This document shows positions 1-10,027 of a stretch of DNA of 64,000 bases, piece after piece; positions within the stretch are counted from its first letter, which is position 1; each line of letters opens with the position of its first letter. This stretch comes from Podarcis gaigeae (taxonomy: Eukaryota): the NCBI GenBank assembly GCA_964106915.2, contig OZ066926.1. One strand, given 5' to 3'. A program made the translations under genes and the position numbers. The notes beneath the pieces are model-generated. The model saw only the letters and a program-made list of their open reading frames with translations. It had not been told where the DNA came from and ran no database searches.

Positions 1-77
1 ACCCAACACACCTTGAGTTTGCATCTGTTGTTATATTCTCGGTGATAAACTATTTGTGTGTTTATTCAAATGGACAG

Positions 78-2415
78 GTTCCACCCCTTTCTACATGTAA
101 CCCAAATTGCCCTCCTGGCTCCAGCAAGAAAAAGAAGGAGGGGGAGAAATTCTGCTGCTATGATTGTTCTCCATGCCCTCAAGGCAAGATTTCACCCCAG
201 AAGGGTAAGAGACAAGAAATACTTCAAAGATAGTGCACATTGTAACATACGTAAGGAGACAGTTTCAGCAAAAAATGAGCCAATCATTGATGCCATTGTT
301 CTTTCTATAATAGCTGAAGCTCAGAAGCTTGAGGCTTTCAATGGTAATAATTGTATAAATTTTCATAACTTATTGGAGCAACACTCAGAAACTCAACTAG
401 TATCTTTTTATGATATTCCTTCTGATTCTAAGTTAGAAGCCATCTCCCCCCCCCCCCGTGATGTGATCTGCATGGGACTCCTCTTGATGATCAATCAGAG
501 GTTACCACTGACTTTGAATGGTGTTGGGCTCTTTTGGCAGTATTTCTACAGTTTATCTAAACTTTTTCAGAAATCGAAATTTCGCCCTCATTTTCTGGTG
601 TGTTATGCAGCAGGAGATAACTGAGGATGGGTCCGTAAGATAACTTACACAGGAATGCATCCAGTGCATTTGGATAGGACTTACTAATATTATTATTAAT
701 TATTCAATGTATGAATCACCTTTTAAGAAGATTTCTTAGGTGAATGAACAATTTAAAATAGCACATAGGAAATATAAAAGCATACAAATTCCATAGTTAA
801 CAAACAATAATGCAAGCTGGTGAGCACATAAAGCATACCCAACCTATAAGTGTCTTCTCCCACAACCATGACGTCATCACCACAAAATAATCTACACCTT
901 CAACTCAATCCCAAGAACAATGACATCAACATTCAAATGCCTAGGGAAACAAAAATGTTTTTGCTTAGCACCGAAGTCATGTCAAAGTTGGCCCCAAGTG
1001 AATCTCTCTGGGGAGAGCGTTCCATAAACAAGGGACACCATTGAAAAGCCCCTTTCCCTTGATGCCACCTTCCAAACCTGTTTCAGAGGAGACATAAGGA
1101 GGAGGATCTCTTATGGGGACCTAAACATCTGGATAGTCTGATGTGGGAGAAGGTGAGGTAATAGAAGAGAAGCTTGCAATCAAGCAGTTGATAGAACTCT
1201 GCCCTAAATGTATCTACCACTTTATGATTAATGCATGGGAGATTGAATATATGTCTGAAGGAGCCACTCCACTATAAATGTTCTTAAATCTTCAAACATC
1301 ATGTCTCCGCAGCAATCTATACAACAGATGATGGCTCCAGGGAAGTTAGCATAATGCAGGCAGACAACCCAGCAAATTATGCTGATTTCTGGTCCAAAGG
1401 TCATAGTGTATTTGTTCTGTCTAGGAATCCTTTTGGTACTCCAGTTTAATGTTAGGATGTCATAGACAGTTTCTGTCCGGCACACCGAGAACCTGCATCT
1501 CTTCTTTTTCCAGACATGGACAATTGCAACAGATGTAGTGAAGATCGATATCCAGACAAAGGCCAATCACAATGCATCCCAAAGGCAATAATCTTCCTGT
1601 CTATAAAAGAGCATCTAGGGATGAGCTTGGCTTCCTTTGCTCTTACTCTCTCTCTGCTAACAGTGTTGGTTCTAGCCATCTTTATTAAAAACCAGGAGAC
1701 GCCAATCGTCAGAGCCAACAATCGGGATCTCACCTACGCTCTCCTCACTTCCCTCCTGCTCTGCTTTCTCTGCCCTTTGCTCTTCCTCAGCCCACCAGAA
1801 AGAGTGATCTGCCTTCTCCGACAAGTTGCTTTTGCTGTCATTTTCACAGTGACCGTTTCTTGTGTGCTGGCCAAAACCATCACCGTGGTTCTGGCCTTCA
1901 TGGCCACTAAACCAGGATCCATAATGAGGAAATGGGTGGGGAAAAGACTGGCAGGCACAATTGTGTTTTCTTGTTCTCTTATCCAAGCAGGTATTTGCAC
2001 TGTATGGCTGATAACCTCTCCCTCATTCCCCCATCTTGACATGCACTCCATGGTGGGAGAAATGATACTGGAATGTAATGAAGGGTCCGTCACCATGTTT
2101 TACTGTGTTCTTGGTTACATGGGCTTCCTGGCTGTGGTCAGCTTTGTTGTGGCATTTTTAGCTAGGAAACTGCCAGACAGCTTTAATGAGACCAAATTTA
2201 TAACCTTCAGCATGTTAGTGTTTTGTAGTGTCTGGATATCCTTTGTTCCAGTTTACTTGAGTACCAAAGGAAAATACATGGTGGCTGTGGAGATCTTCTC
2301 CATCTTGGCCTCTAGTTCTGGCCTGCTGGGTTCCATCTTTGCTCCCAAATGCTACATTATTGTGCTGAGGCCCTATTTGAACAGTAAGGAGCAGTTAATA
2401 AAGAGGAAATTCTAA
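78..2415 (+). CDS. Vomeronasal type-2 receptor (class C GPCR), 3' part: Cys-rich exon 78..204 and 7TM exon 1514..2415; upstream exons lie outside the window
   Basis: Exon 78..204 (acag|GTT...AAG G|gtaaga) reads [28 protein letters not shown] (nine-cysteine domain). Phase-1 join to ttccag|AC ATG at 1514. The terminal exon has [51 protein letters not shown] and IFAPKCYII, typical of V2R/CaSR-family 7TM. Frame is intact to TAA 2415. Confidence 0.95.
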
Positions 2416-3547
2416 CATATTCCAAGACCTGCAATTTCTGCCATCATGCTTTCCTCCAGTGAGATGTTACTACTGTTGATGTGGTGGACAAATGAACATG
2501 TCTTACAAATATACATGGATCATTTTATTTCCTTTCTCTCAACAAACAAATTAGGACAGTTGTGTGATATATTATTCAGAATTAAATATAATGGATTAAA
2601 AATGTTAGTTGAGTGAAACTTCAGTGTTCACCGCTGTATGGAGTTCCAGTTTTGGTTTTTCATTTGATTTAGCCCACCCCAAGCTCATTTGTCACAATAG
2701 CAGGCATGGACATTTTCCATTCCTTTATTTCCATGGCATAAATATGCCAGAATATCAAGTGGCTATTTAGTGGTACCTACCACGAGGTGGAGTATGCAAA
2801 GAATACCGCTATGGCAAGCTAAATATTCAGAGTTATTCTTTAATTCACAGCTCTACACTCTAGTGCCTTCCTGGGCTGCATAGCGCCTCTCCCACAATAA
2901 TACATTGTTGAAGTGTCACTACTCTACTCCAGCATTTAAATAGACACCAGAGGAACATCTTATTAAAACCTCCTACTGAAGAACAGAACAGGACCCATAA
3001 ATTTATGGGAAGACTTCTAGGAGCTTATAGGCAAAGGAGGAGTATGGATGGGTTGATCATAGGTCAGTCAGGTAATTCAAAAGTAAAATGGAATTTATTT
3101 AAGCAAAACAAAATTTATCTGGCTTTAACAATCAAGAAAATGTCTCTTTTTTTACATCCTCCCATTGCATATAAAAGGAGTGATATTCCCTAGTTCAGAT
3201 CAGGATTGTAGTGTGCATTGAAGCTGGGCATATATGTCATGCATTCTTCAGAAATTATTATTTGGATCTTACACTGCAGTTGTATAGAAACTTATTATCT
3301 TCCGTAACCCCTCTTCTAATGGCCTCTTTCAATTGGCCTTGAGGTATCTGTGTATCTTTAGTTGAGCAATTGATTAAACAATGAAAAACACTGCATTGTC
3401 AGCTCCAACAAACTCTGAACTTCCAGAATCTACACAAATTGTGAGATTAAAAAAATATTGATGAGTAATTTATTTCAATGTCTGGAGAAGGAACTCATGG
3501 GTTTACATTGAAGATCAAGCTGACCTTTCTCGTAGAGATCCAGGATC

Positions 3548-3860
3548 CAGGGGCGTCTTGCCCATAGAGGCAAGTGGCGCAGGGTGCCAAGGCGCCAAGT
3601 TCTGGAGGGCACCAGGGAAGAGCTGGAGGCTGGACGCGGCGCCTCCTGGCATCAGCTCGCCTCCTTCGCCCGCCTCGCTAAAGCAGCACCATGCCCAGAG
3701 CCTCCGCCTCTTCCCCGCCAGAGGAGCCGCCCTCCAGCCGCTGTCCGTCTCCTCCAACCCCGCAAAGCTGCCGGCAGCGCTGTAAAAAGATCAGCAATTC
3801 TGGGAAACGGGGCAGAGGGATCTTTGCACCACGGTGCCAGATATACTTAATACGGCCCTG
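3548..3860. mobile_element. hAT-like non-autonomous DNA transposon (GC-rich interior)
   Basis: Imperfect TIRs CAGGGGCGTCTT / AATACGGCCCTG; 8-bp flanking repeat ccaggatc (3540-3547) / ccaagatc (3861-3868). Confidence 0.65.
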
Positions 3861-4204
3861 CCAAGATCTATTCAATTTTTAAAATTTCCTTTCAGAAAAG
3901 GAGTATTGAAAGAAACTGGATCAGAGACTGGATCAAATATGTTTTTGAAAGCATTTAAGTTATGAAATGTTGAATTGATGGTTCCAATGTGGCAGTGGAG
4001 AGCGAAATATAGGGAGAGAGGAAGGTAGGAGGGGACAGATCCCTGAACCAAAGAGGTAAGTAATACAGGTGCTTTGGTTGGCTGGTATGATGACCTCTGC
4101 CAATGCTCTTGAGCACATTGGAGTAAGGTTTGAGCCAGATGGGATTTGGGGAAATGTCTTCACCTATCCTTAAACACTATCACAAGTGTCCTGCTTCAGA
4201 GTGC

Positions 4205-4455
4205 TGGTTTGCTGCTAAAATTAGCAGATTTGCTGCTAAAATATTACGGTATTTGAGCAAAAATGTGGTATGTGGGTCAGGATGCCAAAAAATGACTGAA
4301 AGCATAACCAGATCAGGTCTCCAAAAATGACTAAAAATGTGACCCATGGGTCTGAACTCTGAAAAATAACCAAAAAAAAAATGACCAGGGGTTAGCAGCT
4401 GAAAAATGACCAAAAATGTGTGCTCAGAGATCAGGACTCTAAAAAATGACCAAGC
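4205..4455. repeat. Degenerate minisatellite (about 39-bp units built on AAAAATGAC/AAAAATGTG...TCAGG)
   Basis: AAAAATGACC/T recurs at roughly 40-bp spacing, preceded by a duplicated tttgctgctaaaat. Confidence 0.55.
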
Positions 4456-4494
4456 TCTCCAATCTGTTAATATCATCATTATTTAATCCTGATT

Positions 4495-4640
4495 CTGCCT
4501 TCTGCAGCATTAGATTCCCCTCCCAGTTTGGTGCCATCTGCAAATTTGATGAGCATACTCTCAATTCCTTCATCCAAGTCATTGAATGGGCCCAGGACAG
4601 AACCCTGCAGCACCTTACCTGTTACAATTTTCCAAAATGA
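4495..4640 (-). mobile_element. CR1 LINE reverse-transcriptase fragment (degraded)
   Basis: Minus strand resembles QGSVLGP..NDLDEGIESMLIKFAD.TKLGG, the CR1 RT core. Confidence 0.7.
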
Positions 4641-5627
4641 TGATGAACTGTTAGTAAGCGCTATATGAGTTTAAAAATGCATTAACTTTCTGTTGCAGCC
4701 TTTTATTTAGAAAGTGATCAGGGCATGCTGCTGCCCTACCGCAGCCACACTACACTAATAGATTTTACAAATGATTTCTATGATTGTCAGCTCTCATGTC
4801 CATCCTAAAAGGGCAGGGGCTAACATTGTTGTGGAGGTGGGGGGGGTGATTAACAAAATCAATCCTCCTGGCAAATTAAAAATATCCCCTCACTCACCCA
4901 AGTTTAGGATATTCCACCATTCTTGAGCAGAGTTTATTTTTCTTTTTTAAAAAACAACATTTTTTATTGATACAACAACAAAAAAACACAAATACCAAAT
5001 TACACACAAGAATAACCATAGACACATAATTTTCTTAGCAAACAATAAAACATCTATTGGTCTTAACACTAAAGACCCAACCTCCCATCTATTCCATATT
5101 TCAAATTCATATTACTTATTGCCAATACACACTTTTATCATAATTAAACTTATTCTTAATAAATTTATTATTAACTCGGGTAGAGTATATTTTTCTTTGA
5201 GCAAAATTAGTGGCTCACGTAAATGTGAACTAAGCTTTGATAATAAAGAAACCTGTAACAAAATAACACAATGAGAGAAACTAAATACAACAACATGGGG
5301 CAAGTCTGAGGCAAGAAACAAGAGGAGGCAGTTGGTCCCTCTTAACTGACACTCTTAACGGAACACACACTGAAGGGAGGGGCTGATTCCACAGCAAAAC
5401 ACACAAGCCCCGCCCACCAGATACCAAGCACTCTACTATTCAAATTCGGCTCCATTACAAAAATAGCTTCAAAGCCAACCTGGATGTTCAAAGCCCACCC
5501 CACCTCACAATATGCCTATCCTTTAGTTCAAGTGAAGGCCCTTTTCTTCACTTTTCTCTACTACCAACCTTACTGTACGCTTTGAAACAGGGACCACTTA
5601 TAAACACCATCTCCAACTCCACGAAAG

Positions 5628-5779
5628 ATTCCATCAACGATGTCTCCAAAAAAATTTACACATCGCTTGGGAAGACAGGCAAACTAATGCCAAGTGTACT
5701 GGAAGAAGCAAAGATCACCAGTGTTGAAGCAATGATTCTTCAATATCAACTTTGTTGGACTGGTCATGTTGTGTGGATG
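5628..5779 (+). mobile_element. RTE-clade LINE fragment (5' part of a split copy)
   Basis: Encodes SVLEEAKITSVEAMILQYQLCWTGHVVWM, matching the RTE ORF C-terminal RW.GHV.RM motif. Confidence 0.7.
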
Positions 5780-6126
5780 TGGGGGCGGGGGGCAGGAGAG
5801 AGGGACTGGGGTGGCAAAGCTTATTTAGTGGATGCTTGGGTTTTTTCTGTCAGCGTCACCTGGGGAAGTTCTCTTCCTATTCGCTTGTTATGTTTCTTTG
5901 GTGGTGAGAGAGGTTGGGGTGGCCCAGGGTGTGGTTAATCGTCTTTGGCTGGCTGTAGTGGGATTTGTTTGTGCGTGGGTGAGGGGGGTTGTTGGGTTAA
6001 GTTAGCCATATTGAATTGTATGCTGTTGGTGGGTTATGAGCTCTTTCTAGTGTGAGTGGGCATTGTTATCGTGGAAGATGTTCAGTAGGGCCAGTTTGGG
6101 GGTGACTGCTAGTACATGTTTAGTTA

Positions 6127-6296
6127 CCGTATTTTTCCGTGTATAAGACATCCCCATGTATAAGACGCCCCATGTATTTTTGGGGAGTCCAAATTAAGAA
6201 AACATCCCCTCAGCACTACCTGCTTATAAGACGAGCCCCAATTTTAAACCTATTTTTTTGGTTTAAAACCCTAGTCTTATACATGAAAAAATACGG
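6127..6296. mobile_element. Tc1/mariner-superfamily (Tc2-like) MITE
   Basis: TIRs CCGTATTTTTCCGTGTATAAGAC / GTCTTATACATGAAAAAATACGG, flanked by TA on both sides. Confidence 0.8.
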
Positions 6297-7293
6297 TATT
6301 TTGCTTATTTCTGGCATGACTGCGCACACTCCTTTTCTGACTGGGTCCTTGATTACTTGGTTTGGTGGGATCTGCTGGTTCAGACACAGGATATGTCTGA
6401 GAAGGCCCCACAAGGGATCATGGAGAGGAGGTGCGAGGAAAAAAACTGTTGTAACATTGTTTCTTTAGCAACTTCAAAGGGCTGTGGTGGGATCCAGAAA
6501 CAGCAACCTGGAGCCCCACTGACCACTTAACTGCTCTCTCCTCCATCAGCTTGGGAGCTTTTTCTGAGACGCTTGCGGGGTATTATAAGATGCTAACAGA
6601 TCTGCCTGCCTTTGATCAGTTGTGCTTCAAGGGAAGCTCACCAGTCCTCTGATTCTTTAATATTTTCCAGCCCAGATAGATGTTAACCAAATGATATCAC
6701 AATAGTCATCTCCTTGCAGGAGCAAGGAAGCATAGGAGAATCAGATGCACCACAAGAACATCTTGGTTGGGATGGCTTTCAAAGAGGGTGAGACAATTGC
6801 CTATCAAAGGCAACTAGCTGTGATGGCTATGCTCAGCCTCCCCTGTTGGAGGGAGCAATGCTTCTGAAAAGCACCTGTTGGAAGCCACAGACTCCCCAAA
6901 CATGTTTCACGGGGACCCCTTCCTTCCCTCTGCCCAGTACCTGAGGGTCGTCACGTCTCTCCAGGGATTTGGCCAGAACAAAGTATATGTTCCCTCCCTG
7001 GAAAGGCTCCCTCCCTGCAAAGAAAACGGAGCAATCAGCAGGCGCCTGGCTCCCAGCCATGCTAGCAGCAGTCTGGCGCATGAGGGTGGGGGACACGGGA
7101 AGAAAGCATTCCTATAGTATAGGGCACTCAATTGGCATTTCCACCTACCTGAACTCTGAGCCTTTCCCTCCTTGTTTTGGCCTGCCTATCTCCTAAGGAA
7201 GATGCAAGCTCTTGCTAGAAGCCACTGGTGGGAAGAGTGTTCCTATGATTTCCAAATGTTTCAGAAGCATCTTTTTGTTCCTTTAGTTGCTTG

Positions 7294-7425
7294 ATAGAAT
7301 CATAGCATGGCAGGGTTGGAAGGGATCCCAAGGGTCATCTAGCCCAACCCCTGGCAATGCAAGGATCCTGCCCACAGCCAGCCCTGGCTGGGCTCCAAAC
7401 TCTAGCCTTCAGGTTACCATTGCAG
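7294..7425 (-). mobile_element. Short SINE-like element: tRNA-Asn-like head remnant plus CR1 3' tail
   Basis: Minus strand tggtaacctgaaggctagagtttggagcccagccagggctg resembles the 3' half of tRNA-Asn; followed by atccttgcattgccaggggttgggctagatgacc...tatgattctat (CR1 end). Confidence 0.5.
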
Positions 7426-7511
7426 TTCTGCATGGAGTGGAGAAAGGAGAGAGGGAAATGTGTTGCTTACACTCTCATAACACTGGGATGAGATCCACAC
7501 TATGAAGCCCT

Positions 7512-7736
7512 TTCAATAACTAAAGTCTAAAGGGCTGTCACATGGAGGACAGAGCAAGCTTGCTTTCTCCTGCTCCAGAGGCCCTTAGGGCCTGAAGCAG
7601 TGACTCTCCTTCCTTGGAGGTTTTTAAGCAGCGCTTGGATGGCCATCGGCCATGGATCATCTAGTTGAGATTCCTGCATTGCAGGGGGTTGGACTAGATG
7701 ACCCTCAGATCCTTTCCAACTCTACAATTCTATGAT
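7512..7736 (+). mobile_element. CR1 LINE 3' end
   Basis: gactctccttccttggaggtttttaagcag...attcctgcattgcagggggttggactagatgacc...ttccaactctacaattctatgat, a canonical CR1 terminus. Similar copy at about 43880-44097. Confidence 0.8.
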
Positions 7737-8603
7737 GCGATGTTTTAAAGAGCATCCAATGCGCCTTTAAAGAACATGACTTCCACTGAAATGATTTGTG
7801 CCATTGTGACTTCCCTCTCACAGACCTACAATCCTCAGAAGCCCTAACAAACTGCAATTCCCAGGATCATTTGGGGGAAGACATCTGTTTTTTAGAACAT
7901 GGATGGAGAGCCTGGAGTTTGCTCATCCCCATTTCCTAGGAACCAGGAATAGGAAGCTCAAATGCTTCTAACAGTATAGTTATAGGGAGCAGCGTGTATA
8001 AAATATTGAATGTAATAGGGTTATTAAGGTAATTATATCAGAATTATTATGGGAATGTTAAGGAGGGAGGGAGAGGGAAAGGGAAAGGGAGAGTGTGGAA
8101 TTCTGGTGGTGAGTGATGATTGGATGAGGATTTGAAAGAGAGTTTGAATGTGAGGCAGTTGAAAGTGAGAGCAGTGGGTTCTGGAGGGGCTGGTTGGGCA
8201 ACTAACTATTCAGTTTAGGATCAGTAGTCTAGTCGTCATTTTTGTAATAAAGCAGCATATAAGATAAAGAGAATCTGAGGCCATAAGCTCAGGTACACAT
8301 ATCATCCTACAATCATTTAGTGAATCATCCATACAGTCTCCTTTAGTGAGGGTGCAGTACCTAGGATCTGGACCAAACATTGGTTTTTTGGGTTTTTTGC
8401 TCTTTTTATAGGTTCATAGGTTTATGTTCTGGTTCTAATGATGTAATAGGGGTGGGGCTCTTTAAATACTGGGCGCTGCCACACACTCCTTTTCTTCTTT
8501 AAAAAAAATAATAATTTCCCCTCGTTTTCAAACCACATGCATTGTCTCTTTCTTCAGGTTCTTCAGTTACATTTGTTGTGAGACATTGGTGTTATATGCA
8601 GCA

Positions 8604-8827
8604 CAGTGGTACCTTGGTTTAAGAACAGTCCAGTTTAAGAACGATTTGGTTTACAAACTCCGCAAAACCGGAAATAGTGTATTGGTTTGAGAACTTTACC
8701 TCGGTCTAAGAACGGAATCTGAACGGTGGAAGGGCACCAGTGACGGAAGGCCTCATTAGGGAAAGTGCACCTTGGTTTAAGAACAGACTTCTGGAACGGA
8801 TTAAGTTTGTAAACCAAGGTACCACTG
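8604..8827. mobile_element. Tc1/mariner (Tigger/pogo-like) MITE
   Basis: TIRs CAGTGGTACCTTGGTTTA / TAAACCAAGGTACCACTG; TA on the right flank. Confidence 0.8.
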
Positions 8828-8850
8828 TATAGGGTTGGGAAGAAAAGAGG

Positions 8851-9270
8851 GGATGCCCGATTATCATCTTCCAAAGCAACTATTCTATTCCAAACTTTAA
8901 AATGGTGAGCGTAATTTTGGTAGTCAACAAGAGAGGTTCAAATACTCTCAAGGCAAATCTTAAAAAATGTAGTATAAACACCAACAACAACTGGGAAACA
9001 CTGGCCTGCAAGCGCTTCAATTGGAGAACAGCCTTTACCAAAGGTGTCATGGGCTTTGAAGACGCTCGAACTCAGGATGCAAAGGATGCGCTAAAAGGAA
9101 GGCACGCTTGGCAAACCCTCACCATGATCAACTCCGTCTGGAAACCTATGTCCCCACTGTGGAAGGACATGTGGATCCAGAACTCGACTCCACAGTCACT
9201 TATGGACTCACTGTTAAGACCGTGTTCATGGAAGACAACCTTACTGGCTACGAGTGATCGCCAAAGAAGT
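8851..9270 (+). mobile_element. RTE-clade LINE 3' fragment (continuation of 5628..5779)
   Basis: Begins MPDYHLPKQLFYS, then LKANLKKCSINTNNNWETLACKRFNWRTAF; frameshifted RTE C-terminus. Confidence 0.7.
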
Positions 9271-9499
9271 ACGTGCAAAAGAAAAAAAAACTTTTGATAC
9301 GCTCCGAGGCACAGTGCTTCACTTGCTCCAGAGCTGCACTTTGATATTTAAAATATACACCTTGGCCCACGTTAAAGCTTAATCTGACGACATAGAGTCC
9401 AAACTGCTTAACACTAAAGGTAACTTTTAGAAACGAGCTCGACCTCTTCCCAACGGTCTTATTTATGTCCGTGTGGGGAGAAACACGCTTTCCCCCTCC

Positions 9500-10027
9500 G
9501 ACAGAGAAAGGACACGAGCCGTGGAAGCTTGGCGCCTGCGCGCTAAAGACAAACGAGGTTATTTTAACAAGCGGCCAAAAACGCTGAAGATCCCCTCCTT
9601 GACTAAAACGAGAACAGACGCTCTACTACGCTTACGTTGTCTCCCCGCCCACAAAAGCGCAAACGCTTCGTTTCCTTGGCTACGCAACCGCCTAGAGCTT
9701 TCGTCCACTCAGCCTCCGCTTATGTAGTAGAAGAGCGCCGCATTATGACGACCGAGCGGGGCCTGAGTGGGCGAAAGCTCTAGGCGCTTGCGTAGTCAAG
9801 GAAACGAAGCGTTTGCCCTTTTGTGGGCAGGGAGAGAACGAGTTATTGCGCAGATGCAATGAAGAATGGGGGGGCTGGGCGGCTCGTCATGTTTGAGGCG
9901 GCCAGTTCGAATGCAGAGCTCGGTGAGCGGAGGTGCGGGCCTTCCGTCTCTCGCTGCATCCTTGCGTCGTCCTTGTTTCTTCACACCGTATTAACCCTGG
10001 AGCTTTGGTTCTTCTGCCTCCACGATG
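9500..10027 (+). promoter_or_regulatory. HROB CpG-island promoter and exon 1, with 86-bp inverted repeat and CDE/CHR-like element
   Basis: CpG-dense. Inverted arms at 9635..9720 and 9755..9840. GGCGG-ccag-TTCGAA at 9897..9911. ATG|gtaata at 10025..10027. Confidence 0.75.
9635..9840. repeat. Long inverted repeat: 86-bp arms, 34-bp spacer
   Basis: Manual alignment of 9635..9720 against the reverse complement of 9755..9840 gives 78/86 identities with no gaps. Confidence 0.95.

Noticed and set aside
58-624. 188-aa ORF overlapping the V2R exon
   Set aside because: Wrong frame across the exon and runs into the intron; no recognisable domain.
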